Assembly (NCBI GenBank): GCA_002245135.1
Contig: NGBS01000011.1
Span: forward strand, 62,001 to 126,000
DNA from: Proteromonas lacertae
Lineage: Eukaryota
DNA: 64,000 nt
Direction: 5' to 3'
Below the pieces are notes generated by a model. The model had not been told where the DNA came from, made no database searches, and saw only the letters and a program-made list of their open reading frames with translations. Position numbers and translations under genes: made by a program. Shown piece after piece: positions 26,861 through 41,514 of the stretch (position 1 is its first letter; every line of letters begins with the position of its first letter).

Positions 26861-27925
26861 CTACGATGAATTGCTGGCATGGGATACAATATTTCTATTC
26901 CTCTCTCTTGTATTTTCTTTGTTGAGAGAGATAAATGAACCACTATTTTCTCTATTCTCTTTATAGCTTTTCTTTTTATCTTCTTCTATTGGATACAACC
27001 TACAAATATCACATAAAACGTTAAATATGGAGATAATCTGTCTAGAGTCAGGATTTTGTTCATTTAATAAATTTCTATAATCTGATTCATATGGACATGA
27101 TTTATGAGTAAATAATACTCTATTTAAATGTTCACATTTCGTTTCTACTCGGTTAATACCTAGAACATGTAAATCTAAGTCTTTAAAAATTCTAACTCGA
27201 TTAGTAATTTCTAAGTATAACTCTGTTGAGATTATCTCTTTTACAAGATTCTTTTTAATATCATATAAGAAGGATGTGGAGTATGAGTTACTCTTTAATA
27301 TTTCACATATATTATCTACATATATCCCATTCTGTCCAGTAGTATCTGAAATTGTGAATGTTGCTATCCCATCTGTTTGAAAATAGGAAAGAAACCGTAT
27401 CAATTGATTGTTTGATATTCCAACATTAGGATTAATACCACATGCACACAACAATACTATGAATTAGAAAAAAAAGTTATACATCTTACCAAATGTTCAA
27501 AAGGAGCGAAGACAAACCCATAAATAAATATAAGAAACACATTAAAATCTACTTTTGAATCTAGCATATTAAATACAATAACTTATACCGTATATATTGA
27601 AAAAATTGTCAAAGAACACTGAACTGTTTAAACCAAGTTTGCAAACAAAATCATTAGCGTTAATATATGGGTTCGTTTGATTTGACCACATTCTCAAGTA
27701 TTTGTATTGAAATAACGATACTTCACGGTAGTTCACTATAATAAGTGCATATATATATACAACATAAAATATAGGCTATGTTGAGTGAAGTTGAGTTTAA
27801 AAGTAACTGGGGTTTGACACAATTAAGGAAGTTCCTCCTTCTACAGTAATATTTCAAGGCAGATTTCTATAAATAGTGATAATAATATGCAATACCATCT
27901 TATCGATTTTTTCTGCATCATCCAT
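26861..27925 (-). CDS. EF-hand family copy D
   Basis: MDDAEKIDKM start; shares ELYLEITNR...VETKCEHL..VLFTHKSCPYESDYRN. Confidence 0.7.
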
Positions 27926-28079
27926 AGGTTCTTAATAAAGAAATATATTTATTCAAACCAAATTGTTTTTTCTATTACTTAACGAAAGAACAGCATGAAA
28001 AAATGCAAGAATAATTGATAAACAAGCTGGGCACAAGAACAATTTACAAGCCCTTTATATTTTATAAGATAAACAGCTG

Positions 28080-30397
28080 TTACAAATCAATTCTTAGTTT
28101 AAGTATATTTTTAACCTCTTCCTTATTTAGACCGCAACTATCATCGATCAATGACACATCATTAGTGGTTCTTACACACAAAACATGAGCTATACTGTTC
28201 AATTTGTTAAAAGTGCTTCTGATTGTACCTTCATCTATTATCATGTTATTTAATCCATTTAATAACACACGAACTTGATTCTCAAAACATAAAGCACCAA
28301 ATTCCGTAAATTGCTTAAGAATAACTATCTTGTATATCTTTTCACATGTATATTCAGCTACCAGTTGTATCATCATAACATGCACATTTGGATTCAATAT
28401 TTTACTGGCTCTATGGAATTATATAAAAATCTAATAATTACATATATATTTATACTTTTTAAACAATTCTAACCTGTTCAAATCTTGTATTAAAGGAGAA
28501 GCAAAGTCTTCTTTGGCAATTTTCAAATCATAGTCTTCTTCATCAATCTTATAATTATAATTGACCAATTTATTCTTTATAACCTTCTTAACTATTCTAT
28601 AAACATTATATGCTTCTAATAATCTCTTTTTAACACATTCAGTAAGTGAAATCTATAGAATAATAATAACAAAAATAAAAATGAAAAGAAATACATTCAC
28701 TTTATTACTTATATTCTTTACTCTTTCAACTAATTCTTCCACTCTGTTGATTTCATTTTCATTTTCACATTTCATCTTCATTATTTCATTCAAATATTCA
28801 GCAAATGAATTCATATTCTCATTACAATAATCAGCACTATTACAAATCCTTATTAAATCTTCATTTATCTCTAATTTATTATCTGTTAAATCAATAAATG
28901 CATTTGTTAAGATTTCATCTGTGTCTTTACTACTTCCATAATTTAAAGGGCATAACATTGAATCTAGATAGTAAAAAATATCCGTTTCAATTTCAAAAAT
29001 TAAAAATTCAGTTATTTCATAAGAAAGTGATTTGATATTTAAATTTCTAACCGTTTCAAAATCTATTTATACAAAAATACATGAATGTATATATTTGTAC
29101 TTGTTTGTATTATAAAGAACAATTCTTCAGAAGTTGAATAAATTGGAACTTCATTTTCTCCAATTATATTTGACTGTAAATATTGCGACTTCAATATAGA
29201 TAATGAAATAAAATATTTCATATTGAAAGTAATTATTTCTATTATTTGATTATATTCTTTAATTACAGTATGATCAGCTTCAAGTCTATATAATAATAAA
29301 ACAAATATTACATTTCATTAAATAAATCATAACATTGTTGATAATTACCAAGTATAGTGATATGATCAGATAACTGAACATCACAGATATTAAGATCAGA
29401 TTTTACTTCATCTAATTTACTATTTAAATAATAATAATAATAATATATATATATATTTATACGGTTTAACCCTTAGTGTTGAAACAATATCATTTTTACT
29501 ATTTTTATTCTGTTTATATAAACTTTCTAAATAATTCTTTATTTTATCATTCCAAGATGAATAATCAGTCATTGACCAATACAAATTAATCAAATCGCTT
29601 GTAAAAATAGAAAAATTGTTAAATAATTCAATGAAAATGTTTTGTGTGATTATTTCACCTAATTTCCAGCTTTGAATTCTTTCATAAAATATTAAAACTC
29701 TTTGAAACATTTCATTAATGGATTTTAAATACATTGAATGCTCTTCCTCGTTGTTATTATTGTCAAGCCTATTCGAGCCTTGACTGATTTTTGAAACTGT
29801 TTCTCTGTATGTAGTGAAGGTTTTGATTGTGATTAGATGCTCTGTGTTTAATATATTGTATATACTTTCATTGGTAACTTTGATCATGGATTGTTCGAGA
29901 TTTAATCCACGAATTATTACTAATTAATAAATAAATATAACTAATACCCCATAAATCTGATATTGCTATATCAATTTCATCATTTCCTAAATCATTAATA
30001 TATACTGGTAGTTGTGTAGTTACAGTCTCTTGTAGTCTTTCTGTACAAAACGAAAAAATCTATAATTCTATATATAAAAGGATTATACTGACTGTTCATT
30101 TTCTAATTCAATATCTTCTTCTTCTGATAAATTTGTTGTTATAGGTTTGCCTTTTCTTTGAGGACAATCCTCTAAATGATTCTTTAAACCCATTCTTGAA
30201 AAACACAAATTACAAAATTCACAATGCAAAGAATATTTCTTTACTCTTTGCTTGTTAGCAATCATCTGTTTCATCTTTAAATACGAATCAAAGCATTTTG
30301 AATGTTGTTCTTCTGCTAAATGTACATAAAAGCTCTGTAGTAAATTATTAAATCCATCATCATTGTTTTTATCATCTTCTTCAGCAGATACAGACAT
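28080..30397 (-). CDS. COG4: Conserved oligomeric Golgi complex subunit 4
   Basis: C-terminal KQFTEFGALCFENQVRVL...IRSTFNKLNSIAHVL...LNKEEVKNILKLRIDL; upstream ORFs linked by short introns. Confidence 0.75.
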
Positions 30398-30513
30398 TTT
30401 TAAAAATCATAAAACGATCAAATATTCATTTATTGTTCCAATTTTTAAAAAAGGATGATAGAATAAAGAAAACAAATGATAAAAATTAAATAGAATATTA
30501 GAAATATTTAAAA

Positions 30514-32429
30514 CTAATGTTTAGATGTTTTGTATTTCTTCATTAGTTCTTCATAATCTGGATATTTGTTGTTTCTGTAAGAAGGAATATCTGAATCAAT
30601 TGTTATACCATCAGAAGAATGATCTGATAATGAACTATCTATAGGACTATTTGTTGAGTAATAGTTTAAAGAAGGATCGGGTGAATATAAATCCTGTTGT
30701 TTCTGTTTATGTTGTTGCTTATGCTGGTGATTCTGTTGTTTGTTTGATTGATACTGGTAAATCTTAGCAGGAGATGGTTTTGGAGGCATAACAGGAGGTT
30801 TATCATATAACATCATTAATGGAGAAGATGTAGTAGTGGTTGTGGTTGTAGTTGTGTTGGTAGATAAATCAACAGTAGATGTTGATAAATCAATGTTGTT
30901 ATTCATCTGCCTTTGTTGTTGATTATTATTGCTATTATATCTACCTAAAGGTTGATATGGATGTAATAAAGGTGTTGATGAATTAGATGAAGTGATATTT
31001 ACTGTTGTTGACTGAGGAAGTGTATTATTATTTACAGGAATAGCAGCTGGAGATGGTATAGTAGTGGTAGTAGTAATTATTTGTTGTTTTAATTGATTTT
31101 TGTACTTTGTAACTTTTGATTTTAATACTTCAATTTTACTTTCATATTCATATTTCATTCTTTCTATTTTGGCATTATAAGACGCTTCAATTCCACTTAC
31201 TGCTTCTGGCTGTGATTGATGTTTTTGAATAATCTCTAACCTTTGAGTTATAGCTTTTGTTTTTTCATTTAACAATTTAATTTCGTTTGTTAATTGTGAA
31301 TTTTCTGTTGAAATCTGTTCAAAATCTGAATTTAGTTTATCAAACTGTTGTTTTGATAAATTCAATTCATCTGTAAGATTATATATATCTTGTTCTTTAT
31401 TATGTAATTCTATTTGAAGTTGTTCAATTTCTGCTGATTTGTCATGTTCAAAATTGAATTGAGTTTGATATCTTTTCAAATCTTCAGCCATCTTTTCATT
31501 ATCATTTATCAACTCTAAATTATTACTTTTTAAATCTTCAATCTGTTTCGTATATCTTTTATTCTGCTCACACTTCTTCTTTATGAATTCATCTTTCTTT
31601 ATTAATGTTGAATTTAATTCTAAACACTTTTGATCAATATCATCTAAGTTTCTTTTCAAATAATCTATTTCTTTTTCTTTCTCAGTTATAAGTTTTTGAT
31701 GTAATAAATTTGATTGCCTTAACTGCTTTTTCAATTGATCTACTTCATCTTTTAATAAAGTATTCTTCTCTGATAAATGAGCACTTTCGTACTGATTGTC
31801 GTTGAGATTTGAATGAATTTGTTCCATTATTCCTTCATGTGACTTTTGTTGGATTTCTAATTCCTGTTGAAGTTTTTTGTTCAAATCTGCTAGTTCATTG
31901 AGTTTTTTCTTAAGTGATTCATTCTCTTTTTTAATTTCTTTGTTTTGTTGTTTGTCTTTTTTGGTCATTTCCATATGTTCATCAAATGCATTCTATTACA
32001 TAGATTTAAAGACATTATACTTGTAGTTTTTCCATATCACTCTTGAATTGGTTATATCCCTCTTTGAATCCTTCTTCATATCTATTTACAGCATTTGATT
32101 TCAACTCTGTGGAGATATCCTAATAAAATATATATCCAATTAACTATACATCTTTTTCTTTTTCTAAATCCTTTACTCTTTTGGTTAGCATATTGATTTG
32201 ATTTATAAACATATCATTAGCTAAAATTCAATAAATAAATAACAAAGCAATACATGAATCAGAAACTAAGGGAGTTTGGTTATAGTATTCATCTATTTAT
32301 TATATAATAAATATCAAATATACTTCTTGAAGGAGTACAAGGTCTCATTGGTCTTCTACTATAATCAGGCGTTTGAGATCTACCTCTAGGTAGCACCTTT
32401 CGCATTTCATGCATTTGTGCATAACTCAT
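30514..32429 (-). CDS. Coiled-coil protein with a low-complexity T/P/Q/S tail
   Basis: 486-aa ORF with heptad pattern plus small upstream exons from MSYAQMHEM. Confidence 0.7.
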
Positions 32430-32579
32430 CTGTCTATTATCAGCTTGAAATTCAAAAACAAACTATAAAAATAGACGTTATGTTTTAAATTCAAATTTCA
32501 AAAATTCAAATCTATTATGAAAAATACACTTCTATTCATCAATAAACAAAAATTTAACAACTACAACGTTTAATTATCT

Positions 32580-33527
32580 TTATTCAGTAGCTAATCGATA
32601 TAATTCTTCACATTTATTAACGATATTCATATAAATCTCTTCAACTCCATCATCCTTTATTTCTACAAGAATATTTTCATTTATTTCTTTGTGTTCATCA
32701 ATCATTAATGCTTTAATCGATTCTAAAGCAGGATTAAAAGTAGGTTGATCTAATGGAGGATATAACACGCAACAATAGTCTGTCACACCATTAACAATAT
32801 CAGCACACACTTTTACTAAGGAAGTACAATTTTCATATATATTATTCTTATTTATTACTTTCACTATTTCTTTAACATATTTTTTTATATCTGTTATTAA
32901 CATTAAAGATTGTTTAATTATTTCGATTTCTAGTTCTTCTATTTCAATTTCTTCATCTGGTTCTTTTATTAGATCATTAAATTCGTAATAACTATCATCT
33001 ATTAATTTCAATTGATTCTTAATGGCTGTTACTAAACCATCTTTTATATTTTGAGGTAAATTCTTCAATTTTTCACAATATTCTTTACATACACCGAATG
33101 ATTGAGTGGTTAGATCTTTTGAATCACTTTTGATACTTTCAATATAATCTAATATCATTTTTTGTATACTTGATAATATCAATAATGCAGAATCTATAAT
33201 TACCGATTTGAAACAGGCACAATATGACATTTCTATAAGAACTCTTACTGATGATACAAGTTTTTGTAATACTTTCATTATCTCTTCACATAAACTCTTC
33301 AATCCAGCTAGATCTGCATCAGGTGAATAAATTAGATATAATTTTGTTAGTTCATTCACTATTACAACACCTTGATTTATATATAACCTTCTTAATTCCA
33401 CATAATCGTTATCATTGTAAACTTCTTTACTCATTCCCACATTTTCATATATAGCACCACATAGTTTATCGATAGTTCCATTGAAACCTTCTAAATAGTT
33501 TATCAATGCGAGTTTATTGTCATTCAT
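32580..33527 (-). CDS. CCNDBP1: GCIP / cyclin-D1-binding protein 1 family
   Basis: NELTKLYLIY, FGVCKEYCEKLKNLP, LIDDSYYEF, VTDYCCVLYPPLD motifs. Confidence 0.7.
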   Translation of the reverse strand: MNDNKLALINYLEGFNGTIDKLCGAIYENVGMSKEVYNDNDYVELRRLYINQGVVIVNELTKLYLIYSPDADLAGLKSLCEEIMKVLQKLVSSVRVLIEMSYCACFKSVIIDSALLILSSIQKMILDYIESIKSDSKDLTTQSFGVCKEYCEKLKNLPQNIKDGLVTAIKNQLKLIDDSYYEFNDLIKEPDEEIEIEELEIEIIKQSLMLITDIKKYVKEIVKVINKNNIYENCTSLVKVCADIVNGVTDYCCVLYPPLDQPTFNPALESIKALMIDEHKEINENILVEIKDDGVEEIYMNIVNKCEELYRLATE

Positions 33528-33606
33528 TTTTTGTCCAAATTTTTAGTAAAATTTTACCCGTTTTATTATCAAACCAAAATCAAACATATTTAGTTAAAAA
33601 ACACAA

Positions 33607-35701
33607 TTATTCATCATCCTCTTCATCCATTTCTATTTTTACATCCCCACTTATATTCCTACAACTCTTACCAAATTCATTAAAAGACGTTTCTTTAGCA
33701 ATTCTACTTCCAAATTGAATTGCTCTTTTTTCAAGGTTAAAAATACCATCCAAACCTAGCATTACTCCAATTTTTCTTAATATCATTTTATCTCCATAAC
33801 CTTTAGGCAAATTCATATCAACAATTTCTTCAACTTGTGCAGATTTTGAAAAATGAATGACATTCTCATCTAAATAAGGAAATCGAATTTCAACTCCATT
33901 ATCACTCATGCATCTATCATCTCTTCCCAAATTCCTCTTCCATAATCGATTTATATCTAATTCAACTTCACTTTTCATTACTTCTTTTCCTTCTTTTTCA
34001 TATTTCATTCTATGTCTTAAATACCCATAAAACAATTCATCTGCTCCTAATCCATCAATTAATACTTTTGCTTCACTTTTATACTCAATTCTGTTCTTTT
34101 CATTATTCTTTCTTTTTTCTTCCTCTTCTTTTTCTTCAGCTTCTTTATAAGCAACTTCATTTCCGACTTTGTGATATTTACAGTAATTTTTAGCTAAACT
34201 TTCAACTGAAATTATATTATTAGCTTCTTCAAGACTACACACATTTAAGTACATTTTGGATATATCTTTTCCTTGTAATAATAATTCAGCTTTCTTATGT
34301 AAACCAATACAACATTTCTTACACGATTTTATTGAACAATTTATATTACCTACTCTTTTACATTTTGGTTGAGTACAAAGAATATTCTTTTCGACTCTTT
34401 TATTTCTCTTTTCTATTTCTTCAATTGAAAATAAAGGAATTGGTAACAAATGTAATAAAACTGTTGAAAATGATGAAATATTCTCTTCTTCTTTTTCTAT
34501 TTCTTCAGTTTCTTTCACATTTAAATCTGTTAAAGATAAAAATCCATTTCTACTACTGCTGTAATGTAATGCACTTCCTATTGTAAAATCCATATTACTA
34601 TTCTGAGGCTATTTATATATATAAATAAAATAAATATCATATTAATATTATATACAAAACATAATTCTAGTATATGATTCTTATTCATAATTACATCTTT
34701 TTCATATGATTTATTAATATACAGCAACCTAAATTCTCTTTTTGGAAATAACATTTTCAATTTATTAAAACTATTAATTGCTGTTAATCTATCAGGACTT
34801 CGGTGATCTTTATCAAAACATATATTTAATAAATCAATTGGTTCATTTATGGGAAGTATATAGTGAATTAAAACTGTTAGAATTGTACAATCAATTCCTC
34901 CAGAAAATAAAACAGCAACTCGACTAGGCTTGAATTTATTATTAATTGGCTTATTATATGGTATATTATTTACTCTATTAAACACAGATTTGTATAATAA
35001 TTCTAATAAAATGATTGGATATGGCTTATCTAATGAAATTAAAGGATTTATAGTTGGATTTACATTCCATTGAATATATTCAATCTTACTTTCATTTAAA
35101 TTCAATTTATAAATACAATTTGGATTTAATTCTTCCCATTCTCCTAGTTTTCTATCAGCTACACTACTTATTATTATTGAATTTGATTTGATTTGAGAGA
35201 GAGGAGGTGAAATTAATAAACTTCTTCTTCCTATTCTATCTCTTCCAAAATAAATACAATTATCTGATTTCTATTGACATAATACATAAAATTATATACC
35301 TTATAATATGTAAATGCAAATTCGCCTTGTAATAGTGAGAATGTTTCAATGATATTTGAGGAGGTTTGAAGTGTATTTGACAATATTTGTGTATCATTAC
35401 TAGAATTATCAATCTATCATATTATATAAACATATCTAATCAATAATACTTCTAGCCCATCATAAATTTCACCGTTCCATAACAATACATTTCCATTACT
35501 ATCTTTTAATGGCTGTGTAACAACCTCAATCCCTCTCAAATGCAATATTGCACCAACCATTATTATTATATCATTCACTTCTTCTATATTACAAGTATCT
35601 GGCCCTCTATTCTTTATTAAATCCACTATATGTTTAAAAATCTCACTCTTATTTTTAAAACCATAAGCAAATTCTCCCAAAAATGTCAATATACCACACA
35701 T
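33607..35701 (-). CDS. ASNSD1: Asparagine synthetase domain-containing protein 1
   Basis: MCGI N-terminus, RGPD, LHLRG, WNGEIY, VAVLFSGGIDC, SPDR, GLGADELFYGY, RNLGRDDR, KRAIQFGSR. Confidence 0.93.
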
Positions 35702-35819
35702 TTTGAAAAATGAAAAAATAAACTCGATTATTGATTTGATATTTTTATGTCCCTTCATAATAAATTTAAAAATTGATATGCTATATATTTACATATATAT
35801 ATATATGCTATTTCTTGTT

Positions 35820-38397
35820 TTATATCTCTTCATTTATTTCAATATGTATTATTTTGGGTGATGAAGCAACACCACTATTTGCAAATCTATCTTCCTCTTC
35901 GTCATTATAAGTAACAGGAGAATTCATATCATCAACATCAAACGGTAATGGAATATCTTTAGTAGCTCTGAATAAACCACAGTTATTAAGTTGTTCATTC
36001 TCTAAACGAAATACATTCCAAATTACTCTTCGAACAATCTCCATCACAGCTAAAGAAGTTTCTAGTAATATTTTATTCATTTTAATCTATTCAAATAATA
36101 ATAAAATAACATTTAACAAATATAATACATCAAATATTCTCTCAAGCCAAGTTAATCTCAACAAAATATCAATAACACATGCTATAATATACACATATGG
36201 TTTAAACATTCTATTGGATGGAACAATTTTCAATTTATTTCCATTGTATTCAAATAATCCCCAATCTTCGTGTAGATCCCAATATATAGCATAAGATGTT
36301 GATATTATAGCAGATATAGCCCAAGGTATTTTATGATGAGTAATGGCAATTTCTGCAGTTATAAATAGCAATGTATATTTTATAGCATTTCGAATATGAA
36401 CAAAAATACTATTTTATTAGGATTATATATATATATATACTGTGAGTCATGATAACGTCTTAAGCATTGTAATAATCTTGATAAATATGGTAATGCCATA
36501 GTAAAGTATATTATTACACCGAAATAAGTTGAGCATTCTCCTGTGTCATTTGCATGAGTAAATAACTCTATAAATATTAAAATAACAATATAAGAACAAC
36601 AATACTGGAAGGAATGATACATAACAAATAAGCAATATCAGTAAAGAATCGACGGTTACTTGTAAACTAATAATAATAACAATAATATATATTATATTAT
36701 ACTTGATCACCTAAGAAGAAATCTTGATAATGAACATCCACAAATGGAGCTCTTACAATATTCCATATAGTTTTAAACAGGTATTTTCTTGTTTTACCAA
36801 GCTAAAATATGATAATAAAACAAAATAATATATAAATACAAATGTTTTATATGGAAAAACCAACATTATAATGAAAATAATTAACAGAATAATTGGATTC
36901 CAATAGGATGGAATAGGATAATGTTCAATCAACTAATTCACATAATAAATAACAAAAAAAAATATTAATATACAGGAACAGACCATTGCTCAGTATAATC
37001 CATCTCAATTAAAATTGACAATGTAAAAACAGTAAGAAAAATAACAGAAAAACCAGCAGCATATAATAAACAAGTCAAATAATTCAAAGCAGAATCAACA
37101 TTTGCATCAAATATAAAAGTCACATTAATGCCTTTTTTATGACAAACATATAAATCCACACCCCATCCCCTATATTTTAAATTAATAATTATATATATAC
37201 CACATGAATAATATTCCTAATAGAATACACCGATAAATTGGAAAAGTATTTTCAAAATATCTCATATCATCCCATTTTGGATGCTAATAAATAATAAATA
37301 AATAATAACCAAATATACACTTAATCCAACACTTAATAGAATAAGCATCAATGGAATTAAAAATCCAGATTAAAACAACTATAATTAAAGATTGATAATT
37401 AAAAAATGAATTTCAAAATAAAAAGATATATAAACACCAATTCCAAAAGCATCTCCATATGATATTTTCACTGGAATTTGCCTTAATTTCTTCAGATTAC
37501 TTCTATCACCCTTATAAAACGCTTTTGCCCACAAATTCTCAGTTTTATTTATTATACTTTCCAATACTGGTCTTCTACAAAACCATAGATTATGAATCAA
37601 TGAAATAACTGTACATCTAGATCTGAAACGGATTAATTTGTCATGTTTTTTCAACACTTTACTAAAGCCCATTTCATTTAAAACTGCAAAGTTTTGTAAG
37701 TATCTCAAACCTCTATATAGTTCTTTAAATGCATCTTGTAATTTTCGTGTTGATTTATGTTTTTGATAAAATGTCATATTTGTTGTTAAGAATATATCTA
37801 CTTGCCTGGAAAGTTGATTTAAATTATTTTCATATTCTTTTATTTTGCTAACATACCATACATTTACTTTATTTATTTCGTTGGTGATTTTGTCAAAGAA
37901 TTCTTTTTCTATAGGCTTTATATCATCTTCTAATCCTTCTGGTGGATGAAGTGTGAATTTTATTTCACCTTTTTCATTTTCATAGGAGAGATTCACTGCT
38001 GATGTGCTATAAAACTTAATATAAACTTCAAATTTCTCGTAACCATGATCTGCTCCAGTAAATAAGATATTATCTAAACAATTAATTTATGTAATATAAT
38101 ACTTGTTGTATCTGGTAATGCTAGTGTAGAAAATTTTACTTGTCTCAATGCAGTCGATAATAATTCAGATCCTTTATAAACATAACCTGAGTAGGGAGCT
38201 CGATTTTGAAATATTCTCTCTACAACAACTATATATATCATAATATACTGTCTGGTGGTAATGATTTCACTTTTCTTTTAAGAAACTTCTTAAGTAGTTT
38301 ATAATCAATAAACTAAACGCAAGAAGGCTCATGATAATACTTTATATCTCCATTCCGGTACAAGATGCGTAGCCAAGTGTCTTCCAAATTTTACCAT
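35820..38397 (-). CDS. XPR1: SPX-EXS phosphate exporter (XPR1/PHO1/SYG1 family)
   Basis: MVKFGRHL...[64 protein letters not shown]. Confidence 0.93.
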
Positions 38398-38533
38398 TTT
38401 TAGTTAGTGAAAGATACTGTTATTTTGAATAAAAAAGCGATTTTGTTATAATTTCGAAACGACTCTATTTCTAAAAATATGCAAAACAACATATTAACAA
38501 TAATAATCAAACATATATATATAATTAATTATC

Positions 38534-39903
38534 CTACCACTCTTCAATATCATTATTACTGCCATTCTTATTCATTCTTTCCACTCTCATTCTATTAATA
38601 AACTCATTCATCATATTAATTGATGGTTCAAGTAATTTCACTCCATCTCTACACACATCACTTACAGTTAAAGCATTTACAGCATCAAATTGATCAATTT
38701 CTTTTGGATTAATAGCTACACAAATCTTCCCAGTCTTAGGATGGACACAGAAAGGAGCTTTCAGCAAGTGGTTTCTTAATTTACTCACATTAATATCCAA
38801 CCTTGCATAAGTAAAATCAAATAAAGATCTATAGTATTGATTAGTTGCATAAATATTTTTATCTTTCTTTGCTTTAATTCGTTCAAAACATTCATCTTTA
38901 TCTATTAAATTTGATTGTAAATCTTGTAGTATGCTTTCTATCTCTTTTTTCAATTTATCATCATCTTTATAATAATCTAAATAATTCTTAAATATTTTAT
39001 CATCACCTACAATTTCATTCATTCCATAATCTTTAAATTGCTTTTCCAATATTCCTTGAACTTGAGATAAAAATGGATGAAGTTTTAATTCTTTATCTTT
39101 TCCTCTTTCCACATTGAAGAATTCAGCCACTGAAGCACGTTGTTCATCACTTAATAATCTAGCTCGTTCATCACAAACCCAAATATGAATACCTCTTCTT
39201 CCACTGAAAATGTAGAATATATCATTAAAACCAAAAACCTCAGATAAACCAGTTTCGAGTACTTTTAATGCTGTATTGATATAACTCCAACATTGACTAC
39301 AAATTTCTGCTTCTTTGCAGCAAGATCTTACATCATCATAATCTGTAAGATCTATATCAAAAACTAACTCCCTTTGTTCTGGTTTGAATTTTTGACTGGA
39401 AATTGATTGACGATTTTTCGGAGGATAGTTATAAATTGCACCAATATCTATCTTTTGTGGATTTGCATTTGATATGTGTTTTTTCATTTCATCAGAATTT
39501 GAAAAACTTAAAAATCTCATATATATATCATTAGTGGTTGTCACTGACAATTCTCGGTTTTTGAGAGATTCTTCATTTCCATAAGATAACCAATTACAGA
39601 GTGTGTCGTATGGATAATATTTTTGATAATACACTAACATATTATCAACTAAAGAATCTACATCCACTCTTGCGATTTTGGCATTTCGATCTTCTTCAGC
39701 ATTGTTTAATAATCTCTTTTCTATTTATTATATATTAGGTAAATATAATTTAAATTAGTAATAAATATTATATAAATACCTTTTGTTGATTCTTCATTAT
39801 CAGAATTCATATCTTCTTCCATTTCAATTTTATTAGTAAGCCTATGAATACATAAAAATGCTATTCATATATACACTTTTGTTTTATTTGCTTCAGATGA
39901 CAT
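38534..39903 (-). CDS. PRIM1: DNA primase small (catalytic) subunit
   Basis: KIDIGAIY, RELVFDIDLTDYDDVR, FSGRRGIHIWVCD, HLLKAPFCVHPKTG. Confidence 0.96.
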
Positions 39904-40168
39904 GAAAATTCAATAAAACAAAATTTCGCGCCAAAATACAATGATGTGTATATAGTGTTGTGCATTAGGTATTTATATTTAGCTATGCTTAAAGATAATT
40001 GTTGTTGTGTTTATTTTACTCTTTTCTAAAAATTAAAAGTATGTATGTTAAATGAGTTGTTATTTGTGTGTAAAAAAGATGTTTGACTTAATAAAATAAA
40101 TAATTATGTGGTATTATAACCTTCAAACACATTTACATAAAACATTTCAAAAAATTTGAATTTTTATT

Positions 40169-41348
40169 ATGCAGAAATTAGAGGTATTAGACACTCGCAA
40201 CACGAAAGAATGTGGTAAATTCTGTTACTACCACTGCGCATGTTGTAGAATGTGTCAAAAGAGAGAGTGTTGGCTGATCATTGTATGTTAATCTGTCTAT
40301 TAATAGAGTCCCATACTATTGTTAGTATTTGGAGGTCTTGTAGTAGAAACCACTGTTAAAATCACTTTTGTTAGAGTGTTAGTCTGGGTTTCTGCCTCTT
40401 TGAATCTAATAATCGTATTTACAACAATGATACCAAGATGGGAATATGTATGGTTATACATTTCAAAATGCTTAAGACACACATTCTGCTTTTACTGTAG
40501 ATACATTCGTAAATACAAGAATGAAGAAAGAATCGGTCGTTATGATCCAGCTCCTAGTATTCATCTAACGAAATGTCCACCATGTTGTCCATGTGCCTTT
40601 TGGCCTACTCCTTATCAATATTGTGGAACAGAATGTGCTTCATGTGTGAATATCATTTTAGATATAATCTTCGTATATAGTTATTAATATTCTATATGAT
40701 AGGCGATTATATGTATAGTATTAGTATTATGGAAAAGAGCATTGAAAGCAGATTATGATGAATGTATGAAACATACAACTGATTGTAACAAAGACCACAT
40801 TGATCATTATGAGAAGGAAGTAACTCAATGGATTATATTCTTGATAATATGTATAGTAGTTGGAGTATAACAATATATAATAATAATAATTATTATTGTT
40901 TTATAAATAGTTTTTCAATTGTTGTGTAGGAAGGAATTTAATATATTATCGTATAGCTCAAGCAGCTCATGGTGATTTATCATTATCAATTGATATTGAA
41001 GAAAGTAATAGAAATTCTGAACCAAGTAGATCAACTGAAATGAATAATGATGTTAATAATGGAGGAGGAATAGAATTGACAAGAATTCCAAATAATAATG
41101 GTAGTTTTCATAATAATAACAATAGTAATCGTCAAAGTATAAATTCAACAAATCAAATAACAATTGAAGTGAAAGAAGATGAAGAAGTTAAACAAGAAGT
41201 GAAACAAGAGGTAAAGGAGGAAGTAAAAAATAAAGAAATAAAAAAGGATGGAGAAGTAAAAGAAGATGTGAAAATAGAAAATACTGAAAGTGAAAAGAAA
41301 GATAATGAAGAATTAAAGCCATCTACAGCTCTAGTTCCACCAGTTTAA
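40169..41348 (+). CDS. Multi-exon Cys-rich membrane protein with a charged C-terminal tail
   Basis: Hydrophobic segments, CPPCCPC tract, short introns. Confidence 0.55.
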
Positions 41349-41514
41349 ATGAATTTAATAATTCATACATTCTCTTTAATGTAATTATTTGCTTTATGAT
41401 AATTTTTATATTTTATTTGTTCATTTCTTATTTCAACTTAAATATAATGCTTTGTTGTAGATTTATTGAAAGTAATTACATTGAAGAAATTCTTCCAAAT
41501 TTCTTTTAGCTAAA

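Noticed and set aside
28978..28990. ATATCCGTTTCA inside COG4
   Set aside because: Lies in coding sequence (EIETDIF on the minus strand); probably chance
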